Below, one piece after another: positions 48,333 to 60,008 of a stretch of 64,000 nt of DNA. Under the pieces are notes generated by a model. It was given only the letters and a program-made list of their open reading frames with translations. It had not been told where the DNA came from and did no database searches. Origin of the DNA: Blepharisma stoltei ATCC 30299 (lineage: Eukaryota > Protista > Ciliophora); NCBI GenBank assembly GCA_965603825.1, contig CBFDEM010000041.1, positions 372,001-436,000 on the forward strand. Direction: 5' to 3'. Both the position numbers and the translations under genes were made by a program. Each line of letters starts with the position of its first letter. Within the stretch, counting starts at the first letter, position 1.

Positions 48333-48458
48333 TTTATTTATATTTTGGTAATTTTAAATAGCCTAAGTAAGAATTTACTCAAAATAATGAATGATATTTT
48401 TATAGATGCTGATTTTAATGTTTAAATGTGTAAGAGTTGCATAAAAAATAAATTAGGG

Positions 48459-50744
48459 TTAATAAAACCAAGGAACTTTCTTGAGATCAGGAAGATAATC
48501 ATCATGCACACTCTGGCCAACTATATAAGCTAACTTATGAGCCATCATAGTAGGTGCTGGAATTTTGATAGCTCCCGTCCAGTTGTAATATAAAAAGCAC
48601 AGCTTATAAGCTAGTCTAGCATAAACAATAATATCTTCGCGATTTGTGCTATCTTCAATAACTCGATAAAGAATTGGTGTGGCAACACCTTGATTAACAT
48701 TATGTGATATCAAATAAAAGCTCTTGTTGTCTGGAACCACAACAGTGTCTACAAATGTCCCATTTAGCGGATTAACAATATTTCCATCATTATCTCGTCT
48801 ATAAAGCTTGCCATTGGTTTTCTTATTAATAATAATATACGCAAGTCCAGGTACCCAGCCTTCTTTTGAAGCAATAGCATTCTTTATCCCTTCAATTTCA
48901 TAAATTCTAAGAGCGTCAATTTGTGAGTCGGAAACTCCATCTCTATATATGACTATCATTTCAGGGTAATGCCTCGAATTTTCATAATAAGCGTTTATTG
49001 CTTCAGTAAAACACACTGATACTGAGCCCGCAATTTCCTGGCCTATGTGGTCTTGCTTTTTAACAGTATTGAAATACTGGGTGAACTCTTCATTAAATGA
49101 AGCCACAAAACCCAGTATACTTTGGGCTTTGTTCACTGTGTCATGGAAAACGTCAATTCCAATAACCATGGTTCTGCTTGAAAATTCATTAATATTTGAT
49201 ATGGACCATAAACATGATCTAGTTTTTGCAGCTATTTGAAGCATAATTTTTTGAAGTGCTGATTTAAATTTTTTGTCATTTATAGTATTTTCCATTACTA
49301 CTTGTATTGGAATTCCTGACTTCATGCATGAAGTTTCTTTTATTGCATGATATAATCCTTTGAATTCCTCTGGCAGAATCACAATACAAATTTGAGGCTT
49401 TACTTCATTAATTACTCTGTCCTTCAATTCATCAATGATCTCTATAATTTCTGATTCTTTGCATGTTTCTTTTAAAGGAGCATTTGCGATATTTAACCCT
49501 AGCCTCTTTCGTTCTTCTTTAAAACCCTCTATAAACTGTTTAACAAGATTATCGCGGCGTCGAGCCCTTTCGGGGTCTTCATTGTCTTTGGAAACTTGTA
49601 GAATAATCCAAGATTTTATTTGATTTGCAAAGCGTAGAGAGTTTCTAATAGCAAAAGAGCCATTTTCAGATATTGGTGTATGAGATGAGCCATCTTGAGA
49701 GTTTAATATTCTTCCACAATCCAGCCTTTGTCCTGTAACTGCAATAGGTCTTTCCCTTATATTTAAGTTTGCCTCTTGCATTTCTCGAGATTTTTCAATT
49801 AAATTTTGTGCTAAATCCATACAGTTATTAAATCGATCTTTTGGCCTTAATCTTGTGTGTTCAGCAATATCTCTTGAATTTTTCATATCATCAGGAATCC
49901 CAGTGATATAGCACAATTCAGGTATCAGCTTTATTTCTCTCTGCCCTCTTTCTATAGTAGATTTAATTAAAGGTTGTCTAATATCGCGAATTGTTCTATT
50001 AAATCTTTCATAATAATTCACATAAGTTATATCTTGTCCTTTCCAATTAAAAGTGTTTGTTGGATTTTCATCCCAGCAAATTCCTTCTATTCTATAGCAT
50101 CTAAAATTACCATATCTAGCCATTACAATTTTCCCAATTAATTCGGACTCAATATATTCTTTTCTCTTATTTCCTTTTTTAAAGTTATTAATTGCTTGCA
50201 AAACTGTATCTGTGTTAACTATTTTGCTTGCAAAATCGATGTTTAGTAAGCACTTATCCATATGGTGGGCAAATGAAGCGGTATTTCCTTTCCATACTTC
50301 TAATTTATATCTTCTTAGTTCAACAGTATTTTTAGGATGATAAAATTTAGGCAATTTTGTGACTTGCCTCATTCCTAAATCGAAGAGCAGTCTTTTCAAA
50401 ATCCCATTGGCATACATTTTCTGCATGATGATGCCTTCTTCTCCAACATCACGAGAAATTGAGATCGTAATAATGTAAAAAAGATCATCGTAACCTTTGG
50501 ATTCAAAGGAAATTGGGCTTAATACAGGATCGTTTTGAGCTGATGCAAGGGTTTGGCCTAATTGAATAAATCGCCCAATGCGAGATTCGATTTCTGCTCT
50601 TTTGCTGGAAATTAAAAATCTTTGCAATTGCCGATTAGAAGGGTCTACAGGGGGAATAAAGTCTAAAGCATAAAATTTTATGGTAGCAGACAGTGGCTGC
50701 TCAAGCTCAAAGAAATTAGTTACAAGATCGATTCTTCTTTCCAT
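48459..50744 (-). CDS. Piwi-clade Argonaute protein
   Basis: PAZ region (YRIEGICWD, YVNYY, LIPELCYITG), MID (IPIQVV, QIAAK) and PIWI with the D-E-D-H tetrad (GIDVFHD, GQEI, YRDGVSD, AHKLA); YYNWTG. Confidence 0.96.
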   Translation of the reverse strand: MERRIDLVTNFFELEQPLSATIKFYALDFIPPVDPSNRQLQRFLISSKRAEIESRIGRFIQLGQTLASAQNDPVLSPISFESKGYDDLFYIITISISRDVGEEGIIMQKMYANGILKRLLFDLGMRQVTKLPKFYHPKNTVELRRYKLEVWKGNTASFAHHMDKCLLNIDFASKIVNTDTVLQAINNFKKGNKRKEYIESELIGKIVMARYGNFRCYRIEGICWDENPTNTFNWKGQDITYVNYYERFNRTIRDIRQPLIKSTIERGQREIKLIPELCYITGIPDDMKNSRDIAEHTRLRPKDRFNNCMDLAQNLIEKSREMQEANLNIRERPIAVTGQRLDCGRILNSQDGSSHTPISENGSFAIRNSLRFANQIKSWIILQVSKDNEDPERARRRDNLVKQFIEGFKEERKRLGLNIANAPLKETCKESEIIEIIDELKDRVINEVKPQICIVILPEEFKGLYHAIKETSCMKSGIPIQVVMENTINDKKFKSALQKIMLQIAAKTRSCLWSISNINEFSSRTMVIGIDVFHDTVNKAQSILGFVASFNEEFTQYFNTVKKQDHIGQEIAGSVSVCFTEAINAYYENSRHYPEMIVIYRDGVSDSQIDALRIYEIEGIKNAIASKEGWVPGLAYIIINKKTNGKLYRRDNDGNIVNPLNGTFVDTVVVPDNKSFYLISHNVNQGVATPILYRVIEDSTNREDIIVYARLAYKLCFLYYNWTGAIKIPAPTMMAHKLAYIVGQSVHDDYLPDLKKVPWFY

Positions 50745-51437
50745 ATATTATAATTATGGAAAAACCATCGCAATAAATTCATAAATTGAGGGAAAAATTA
50801 AAAATCTATATAATAGGAAAAAGTAGAAAATTAAAATGGACAATATAAAATATTTATTAATTGTAGAAATTTTTAATAAGAGCAGCAGTATCTAATTAAA
50901 ATTAGAAACAGAATTTACTGAAGGATTGAATATTTTAAGATGCTTATATAATATTGAGTTTTTCGCAATCGGTATTTGTTTAATTTTTTAAATTTTGTGA
51001 GAGAGCTTAATATCTTTATTATGATCTTCAAACTTTTATTAGTACTGACTAATAATACCTCATGATTCTGCAGGTATTGAAAGAAATCTTATTGGAATAA
51101 ACAAATGATTTATTTTCTTCAGCTTTATCCACAAATTGATCTTTATTTTAAATCTAGTAGAATAAATAAAATTTATTCAAGGATTTTTGATTCTATCTTT
51201 AATCTATGTCAAGATATTATAAATTAAAAGATTTGCTTATTTTAGGTATAGTAAATTATGGTTTCAAATCTAATATTTATATAGGTATATTGGCTTATTT
51301 GGGTTTTTAATTATATTATTGTTTTATAATATTTAGTAACTATAAAAAGCATTGAGATTCTATTAATGGATCTATTGATCTTTCTTTAATCTATGATGGC
51401 TATTCATGCCATTTCATCAGCATTTTATTAGTTCAAA

Positions 51438-54297
51438 ATGATTAAATATTGACTGTTTTTGGTCTTTATTGGAATTTCCTTTGCCGTAAGAAGGCATGAA
51501 TTTAAAACCTGTGAGCATTCAAGTTTCTGTGTAAGAAATCTTCACTTACATCCCAAGCTAATTTAAATGAGCACTTCTCAGTTAAGGCATCAATTATAAA
51601 AGTTATTTAAGGCTATTGCTATCAAAATTAAGTCCAAAAAAGATTTGTTTATTATTAAACGGAAGGGTAGCAAAAAACAATAGCAGGGTTAAAAGTGAAG
51701 GACTTAGATTTAGCATTGACTATGAAATTAAAGAAGGAACAGTGTCGCGGATTTCTGGAGGAATTTCCTTTGAAATTAGTAGTGTTCATGAAAAAGATTC
51801 TTTTCTTAAAGGAGAAGCTATCATGTATACAAATGGCGCACTCCATGTATACATTGATGAAATTTCCCCAATCCATAAGCGATTCAAAACTCCTCAAGAA
51901 GATTTAATCAACGAAAAAGCTATCAATAAGGTCCCAAATCAGCATGTAAAAATCGAAGCAGACAAAATAATATGGGAATTAGGGAAAATCCGGTATGTTT
52001 TAAAAATCAGTAAGTTTATGATTGAAGGATTTTATGGAAAAGATCTCACAATCATCGCGAATAAAAATTCTTTCATGAATTTTGAGAGATACCGAAATAA
52101 GAATGTGGATTTAAAGCCGAAAAATCAATCAAAAGATATAAGCAAGCCTATAAAGATTTTAGATGCCACAGGCGCATACATTGAGAAAAATGGAAATCTA
52201 GAGACTCAGCCAAACCTTTGAAACGAAAATTTCAAACAATTTAATGATAAAAAGCAATTCGGGCCTAGTAGTATTGCTTTAGATTTTACATTTGTAAATT
52301 CAACTCATATTTTTGGGATTCCTGAGCATGCTGACTCTTTAGCATTGAAAGATACAGTAAAATCGGAGCCCTATCGATTATATAACTTAGATGTATTTGA
52401 GTATGAGTTAAATGAAAGAATGGCATTATATGGGTCAATTCCTTTTATTTTATCAAGAACAATTAAAAAATTTTCAAGTGGGGTGTTTTGGTCAAATCCT
52501 TCGGAAACTTATATAGATATTAATAGCCAAAATAATGATAAAATTACCCACTGAATTTCAGAAGCAGGAGTATTAGAATTTTATTTATTCCAAGACGAGT
52601 CACCTTTAAAGATTATTGAGTCCTTTACACTCTTAACTGGGCCTCCCCAGCTTCCTCCACTGTTTTCACTAGGCTATCACCAAAGCCGCTGAAACTATAA
52701 CTCAGAAAAAGATCTCTTAGATGTAGCAGATGGTTTCAATAAGTATCAAATCCCTGTTGATGTTTTTTGGCTTGATATTGAGCATACCCCAGAGCGAACT
52801 TACTTCAAATGAGATTACAGAAACTTTCCAACTCCAACAGAAATGCAAAAAAAGCTTGAAAGCATGAACAAAAAACTAGTAACCATTGTAGACCCACATA
52901 TGAAAAGAAGTGACAGCTATTTCGTCCACAAAGAAATGCAAAGCAAAGGCTACTACGTAAAAACTGATAAAGGCTATGACTTTGAAGGACATTGCTGGCC
53001 TGGCTCTTCATCATGGCCAGATTTTACTAGGCCAGAGGTTAGGGATTATTGGAGCTCCCTATTTGATTTTTCTAAATATAAAGATTCGACTGAAATTTTG
53101 TTTGTGTGGAATGATATGAATGAGCCTTCTGTATTTTCAGGGCCTGAAATCACCATGCCCAAAGATAATTTCCATGGAAACTATGAGCATAGAGAAGTTC
53201 ATAATATTTATGGCCTTTACATGCAAAGAGCTACTAGCGAAGGGCTGGTTAAAAGACGATTGGGAGGCTATAGACCTTTTGTGCTTTCTAGAGCATTTTA
53301 CGCAGGAGTGCAGAAATATGGAGCTATATGAACTGGAGATAATAATTCTAAGTGGAGCCATTTGGAATATTCTATGCCAATGTGCTTAAGTATTGCTGTA
53401 GCTGGGCTAAGCTTTTGCGGAGCTGATGTCGGAGGGTTTTTTGGAAATCCTGATACCAATTTGTTAGTTAGATGGTATCAGCTCGGAGCTTATATGCCAT
53501 TTTTTAGAGGGCATTCTCATATAGAAACTCGAAGAAGAGAACCATGGCTGTATAATGAACCTTATTTATCACAAATTAGGCAAGCCATAAATGAGCGATA
53601 TTCTTTATTGCCTTATTGGTATACTTTATTTTATATATATCATATAAAAGGGACACCTATAATTAGGCCAATGTTTGTTGAATATCCAAATGATAATATA
53701 GCAGCAGACTTAGATAAGCAGTTCCATGTAGGGCCTGGCCTACTTGTTGCTGGCATTACAATGCCAAATCAACAAGAAATTCCAATTTATTTGCCAGAGG
53801 CTATATGGTATGATTACCACACTTTTCAAAAAATAAATGAAAATGGAGCTATTAGCTATAAAACTAATGAGAACTGGGTTCCTGTATTTATTAAAGGCGG
53901 AAATGTCATAATAAGATATGAAAAAGCCAAAATGAGCACAAGTGATATGAAATCAGATCCAATAAGTATCATAATAGTTTTGAATAAAGAAAAGAAGGCA
54001 AAAGGAATGATTTATTTAGATGATACAGAAACATTTAAGTACCAATCGGGGGAATTTGTTTATGCTGAAATTGAATTTAAGGAAAATTCTATTAGATATA
54101 AGATACTAAATCAGATGAATGCGAATATTAGTGTAGGAAAAATAACTGTGCTTGGACTTGATTTTGTACCAAAAGTAGTTGCTCTAGAAAATTCAAGTGA
54201 ACTATTTACACTAGGATACTATGTGAAAGAAGAAAGTTTGATAATAAGTGAAGTTCCTGCTAAAATTTCTGAAGAATGGACTATCTATCTAAGTTAA
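51438..54297 (+). CDS. GANAB: Glucosidase II alpha subunit (GH31); 5' region interrupted
   Basis: Signal peptide + FKTCEHSSFC from ATG 51438. Main frame has GIPEHA, PYRLYNLDVFEY, GYHQSR-W-NY, WLDIEH, WNDMNEPSVF, AI-W-TGDN, GADVGGFFGNP. There is a frame break with stops at about 51540-51600. Confidence 0.88.
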
Positions 54298-54779
54298 TTA
54301 CTCAAACACATTTATTATTAAATTGCATCTTATATTAATAATTCATAGTTTGATTGCTCCAGATCAACCAAATTTTATTAAAAAGACTGTATTGAGAATG
54401 TTTCGAGCTTATAATTCAAATTTAAATTGAAATTTATAAAAATCATTTATTTTTATAAAAATAATGTGAATTAATTTTGACGAGCATTTAATTTTTTTAA
54501 TCATCTAAACTCCAATTCATTAAATAAAAATCTAATTTTTCAGTCGACGAAAGTACTTTATAACTTAAGGTAGCTTTTCTCTTAAATCTGTTTTGCATTT
54601 TAAAAATATATTTGAAGATGCAAATAAATGAAATTGAAAATATAAATAATATTAAATTGTTTAAATATATAACTTTATCAGAAAACTCAAAGGCTTAAAT
54701 TTTTGTTTTAAAAAAATATATTTCATAACCTTATTCTTTATGTTGAATTACCTGAAAATTCATTTGACTTTTTAAATAT

Positions 54780-57700
54780 ATGAAGACTTTTTCTAAGGAG
54801 AGTTTAGTCATAAACCTTTCAAAACAAGTTGAATTTTCCACTGGAAAATCAGATCCATCATCCCATTCTTTAAATGATCAAGCATCAAAGAAAACGAGCC
54901 CCAAAGCATGCACTCCATGCATTTGTGGCTGCAATTCACCAATGCTTATGGGCAAAAGGAATCCAAACCTACGCTTTAGTAGCCCAAAAGAAAATTTTTT
55001 AGTTCTTTTGCAGTGATTCTTCGAAGAATTTAAGACATCAAAGTTCAGTTTACAAGTAATTCCAGATTCCAATTATGACATATATGACCTTTTTCATTGT
55101 ATATTGAAAGTAAGAAAGCACTTCGGAAGAATTAGTTGGCGAGCAGTTGGAAAAGTTCTGAGTCCAATCAACTCATGTCGGGAATCCAGACATGCTTTAA
55201 AAGCCTTTTATAAAAAATATTTGTCCGACTTCGAGGAATGAATTTATGAAAAAGGTCCAGTCACAGTAGGCTGCATAGACACCGAAATTATAGTGACGAT
55301 ACTAAAAGACTTTATCCCGAAACATCATATAGATAAGCAAGAGCTGGCTTCTAATGAAATCGAAAGCGCGATCACTAGTGATACGAACCATGAGGAATCT
55401 TCTGAAATAATCTCTCAAGAAGTTGTTGACACCGTTGAAGATCTAATTAAGGGAGCTGCAAAAATTATAGAGCAAGAAGGAGCTGAGAAAGCAATGAAGC
55501 AAAATATTTTTATTAAAGATAACAAACAAGATGAAAGCAAAATTGAAGAAAAACCACAAATAAGGATAAGTGAAGATGAGTGTGAAGAAGAAGTTTTGCA
55601 TAAAAAGAGAAAAATTGTGAATTATGAAGATCTTCCTGATATAAATGCAGCAAACGAATTTCCAATTTTTATTGTGCAAAAGATTGAGGTCAAAGAAGAA
55701 AAAAGAAAACTGAAGAAAAGCAAACCTAAAAGAGAAAATAATCAAGAGAAGGTAGAAGAAGAGAAAACAAAGCATGAGGCCAAAGAGAAAATTAATCAAA
55801 AAGAGTCTGTACCTAAAGAAGAAAGCCCAAAAAATGAAATTCTTAAAAAACCTAAAAAATCTGAAGAAATTAATATCTCTAATCCCATGACACCTGAATT
55901 TCGCAGCAAAAACCCCACAGATCTTGGCTACCGTACAAATTTCATCAGTCGCTATCTTCCAATAGAAATGCAAGAAAGCCATAAGCTCCAAGAAGACCTT
56001 TTAAACCAAGATAATCCTCAAAAACCTGAAAAAGAATCCAAGGCTCATTTCATCCGCAAAAAACAATCAGCGGCCAACATCAAGAGAAGCTGTGGAGTGA
56101 CCTATGTTCTTCCCACCGAAAGCACACAAACTGGAGTTTCTGATCAATTTGCCCCTCTGCCCCCACTTGCTTTTCAAGTAGGCACAGTAGATAGGATAAT
56201 CCCTTCTGAGGAAAGGGAAAAATATTTTACTATGTCTCGTGAATTAATAAAACATCTTTTTGAAAACCAAGGGGTTGTAAGGGTGACGATACAAAAAAAT
56301 TATGGAGAAACAGACTTGAAAAAATATGTCTTAGGCGAAATGGATGATGGGGATGAAGTTTTAGTTGAAGATATGAAAATCATGTGGAGAATATTGGGAA
56401 AAGATAATTTCGTGGTTATTCATTTGCAAATGGATGAAAAAACACTACTAGCTCCTACTCTTCCAGGCAATAGAGGAGATGTGATGATCGGATTTCTAGT
56501 AAAAAAAGGCCTCTGTGGGATGAAGTCTGTTAAAAAGTGCCTAGGGCTTGATGAGCTTGAGACCGACCCGTTAAATACTTATGCAACGCAAATTCGGCTA
56601 GAATTATATCTGCAAAAAAAATCGTGAAAAATTGCAATACCTCATGCCAGAAAGCTCTTATGCTCATTTATATATGAATTTGAAGCCTATATTCAGCGAT
56701 TTCTACTAGATTGAAATGCAGAACGCGAAAAGTTCTTTGTCACTAAAGTACTAGAGCCTAAGCAAGGAATATTTTTATGAAAAAAATCATGCAGCTGTCC
56801 TTTATCTCCTCTCCACACCAGCCCTACATCCTCCTGATCTCCTTCATCTTCCTGAATTCTGCCAAATTCTCGCTCCTGTCCTATATGTAGTTCCTTCACA
56901 ACAGAACCTTTATATACCTACGAAAATGGCCTTTCCAGTCTCTTAGACTCGAAAAATCCTCCTAATTGATTTTATTTAATAAATACCCGAGATTCCTTTT
57001 CTTATGATCTTCATGTCAAAAAGTCTACTATCAGATGAAATGATAGAAATATCATTAAGCAAGAGTATTACTTTAGGAAAAATGATTTGCCATCAAACTA
57101 TCATGATTGAGAAAAATGGCTTGAAGGAGACTATGTAAGGGCTGGCATTGTCACTTACCAAGGAATTTTTAGTCAAGATGAACTGTTAAAACTTGAAGAA
57201 AAAGCAAGAGGCACTGAACAAGATTTTCGAAATGGCCAATTTTTAATTAATACTGCGCAGCCTTCATATGGTGCTGGAGGGGTAATAAAAAGGACAAAGT
57301 TTTTCTTTGGGACTCGTTATATGTGGACGGCTACACAATTAGCAGAAAAGCAGTCTCGAGTAGCAGCTGGGGTAAGGGTAGACGTGAGTGATACCCCATA
57401 TTGAATGAAAAAAGAAATTTTAGACCCATTGGTGGACTCAGGAATTATTGAAAAGAATTTTATAAATTCAATTGCTATGAATATTTATCATGATGGAAAA
57501 GAAGGCTTAGCCCAGCACTTTGATGATGCTGTTAGGTTTAAACAGCCAATATATACTGTAAAATTAGGGAGTGACGCGAGGCTTTCATTTGGAAGTCAAT
57601 TTTATGGGTATTTAAATGGAGCTTTTTGCATTCCATGCCCGAGAGGGGTGGTTTGTGTTATGGAAGAATTCAGTTATGCAGCTAATTCAGCAAAGCATTG

Positions 57701-57938
57701 CGTGAGGCCTTGCGATATGTCTGGAAGATCAATCACACTAATTTTAAGGCAAATACATCCATTTATAATGGAAGAAGCAAGAAAATATGACGCTGAAATC
57801 GATTTACCGACGTGATTTTCGACGCTTTCACTAGATGATGACTCAGTGCCATATTATAAGCAAAAGGAAATGGAAGCGAAATTGCTTATGAAAGAAGAAA
57901 AAGAAGCTGGAAAAAAACTGTCTTCTAATAGCTATTAA
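54780..57938 (+). CDS. ARID domain + ALKBH5-type 2OG-Fe(II) dioxygenase fusion (1052 aa)
   Basis: One frame with no TAA/TAG from ATG 54780 to TAA 57936-57938, containing 12 TGAs. ARID-like DIYDLFHCI...SWRAVGKVL...LKAFYKKYLSDFE; ALKBH5-like RTKFFFG, FINSIAMNIY, QHFDD, F.QPI, SDARLSFG, YAANSAKHCVRP.D...R...ILR. Confidence 0.88.
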
Positions 57939-57995
57939 GTAAAATATTATCTCAATGTAGTTAACATTCACTTTCTTATTAATTTCACCAGAAAT

Positions 57996-58616
57996 ATGTC
58001 AGGCCAGTTCAGTCTTGAAAAACTATTCGAACATCTCGAAGGCGCAGGAGCAAACCTTGACGATATTAATTACCTTGATTTTGCTGATCTGATGATTGAT
58101 TTTACCCACACTTTTTCATTCATTGGAAAAGTAGTATCACTCGCCTTTTCTGACATCGCTACTAAGGCTAAATATTTGAAAAAGAATTTCAAAAGTACAA
58201 GCTTCACAGGATTACAAAGCATGATCTTAGATGAAATTAAATGCGGAACTGTCAGAAAGGAAGGAAAGCGTCCATCAACTGCGATCACTGTGCTAAAGCT
58301 GATGTGGTTTTCAGATTTTTTAAGGCAGATTGTGTTACATTTAACAACCCAGCTCCATTGGAAACTCTCGAAATGCGTGAAAGTTGCTTATAAAGAGACG
58401 CTATCAAAACATCATCCTTGGACATTCAGACTTGCAGCAAAAATTGGAATTAAGATTTTACCTAGCAGGCAGGAGTATATGAATAAACTTTTTGGGAATA
58501 TTCCTGTCGAAAAACAATTGGAATTGTTTAGGCATTTGCTTGAGCTTTCAGATCCACTGAGAGACACTCTTTGGGGATTTTATAACGAAAATAACCTGGC
58601 AAATATTGTTAAATAA
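57996..58616 (+). CDS. GLTP/ACD11-like lipid transfer protein, copy 1
   Basis: AFSDI..K, STAITVLKLMWF.DFL, AYKETLSKHHPW, LPSRQE. Confidence 0.88.
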   Translation: MSGQFSLEKLFEHLEGAGANLDDINYLDFADLMIDFTHTFSFIGKVVSLAFSDIATKAKYLKKNFKSTSFTGLQSMILDEIKCGTVRKEGKRPSTAITVLKLMWFSDFLRQIVLHLTTQLHWKLSKCVKVAYKETLSKHHPWTFRLAAKIGIKILPSRQEYMNKLFGNIPVEKQLELFRHLLELSDPLRDTLWGFYNENNLANIVK

Positions 58617-58784
58617 ATATATTTGTATTTAAATGGTAAAATTTCAAGGACATTCTGTTAGCAGAAAAAGACAAAACTATAATAAATATATTTGAAACTG
58701 CAGGAGAGCATATATTTTAATTATAACGATTTTTTTACACATGTTTATTGTAAATTTTTTATTGGCTTTAAAACGGTGATAATT

Positions 58785-59408
58785 ATGGTATCACAATTCG
58801 ATATCAACAAGCTCTTCGAGCATTTGGAGCAAGCAGCAGTAAATCTTGATGAAATTCACTACCTTCATTTTGCTGATGCAATGCTTGAGTTTTCAAACTC
58901 ATTTGCGTTTTTAGGAAGAGCTTTGTCCATGGCATTTTCTGATATCACATCAAAAGCAGCGATAATAAAAAATAATTTCCAAGGCTCCCAATTCACAGGC
59001 TTACAAAGCATGATTTCAGACGAAATTCGAAGAGGAGTTGAAAGGTTTCACCAGGACGACCACCATGCGTCTACAGCAAGAACAATATTGAGATTAATGT
59101 GGTTTTTTGATTTCCTTAGACAACTTATAATCAATTTCAGCACACATCTTGATTGGAAAATGTCAAAATGCGTCTCTGAAGCGTATGATGATGCTTTTGG
59201 GCCCCATCATCCATGGCCTGTAAGAATGGCAGCAAAAGTTGGAATTAAAACTGTACCTAATAGAGAAGAGTATGGAAGAAGATTGTTGGGGGATATTTCT
59301 TTAGAAAGACAATTGGAGCTTTTTAATAGAATGCTTGAGCTCTCAAGTCCAATTAGAGAAGCGCTTTGGAACTTTTATAAGAGAAATAACCTTACTGAGC
59401 TTCCTTAG
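58785..59408 (+). CDS. GLTP/ACD11-like lipid transfer protein, copy 2
   Basis: ATG 58785; AFSDITSK, STARTILRLMWF, AYDDAFGPHHPWPVRMA; colinear with copy 1. Confidence 0.9.
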   Translation: MVSQFDINKLFEHLEQAAVNLDEIHYLHFADAMLEFSNSFAFLGRALSMAFSDITSKAAIIKNNFQGSQFTGLQSMISDEIRRGVERFHQDDHHASTARTILRLMWFFDFLRQLIINFSTHLDWKMSKCVSEAYDDAFGPHHPWPVRMAAKVGIKTVPNREEYGRRLLGDISLERQLELFNRMLELSSPIREALWNFYKRNNLTELP

Positions 59409-59438
59409 ATATTTTAATAGAAAATGATTAAATTTAAT

Positions 59439-60008
59439 TTAAGCTTTGGGTTGGGGCTTTGCATTTGTTTTTTTCTGGTTATTTTTGTTGTTTTTTACAA
59501 TCTTAATTTCTCTCGTTTTGATTACTCCTTTCAAAAATGTCCTATTCATTTCTATTCCTGGCAGCTGCTCAATAATGTTTTGTGATAAGCAAAAGCAATG
59601 AATTTTTGGGAGTGCAAAAGCAACAAGTTTATCTATTCCTATTATTTGTCTAAAACTTAAGCAATGCTCATTTATTTCCATTCCCATCACTTTTACTCCT
59701 TTTTCTCTGCCTAGAAAAATGAGAGGCTCTAACAATACTTCAGTGCTTTTATCAATAAAACAAAAAATAGAGCTGATTTGATCAATTTCTGAGATTATTT
59801 TCTTGATACCCAGAATCAAATGTATTCTACTAAATCTATGAGTGTCGGGATTTTCTATTTTTTGCTTTTTTTCTTCGTTTCTTATTGAGGGCGACGATTG
59901 TGCTTTTATTTCTAAGCTAAGTGATTCTAATAGGGAATTAGTTTGGTCACTTGATATAATTTGTCAAGACATTGAATAAGGATTGCTTAAGATGTGTTTC
60001 TTTTTCAT
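59439..60008 (-). CDS. L7Ae-fold protein resembling RNase P/MRP subunit Rpp38/Pop3
   Basis: ATG 60008; KHILSNPYSMS-W(TGA) resembles the Rpp38 N-terminus; LILGIKKI and IGIDKLVAFAL are L7Ae-like segments. Confidence 0.6.

Noticed and set aside
48459-57938. Piwi and ARID-ALKBH5 as a linked epigenetic system
   Set aside because: They are separated by an unrelated glucosidase gene, and neighbourhood is weak evidence in ciliate genomes.
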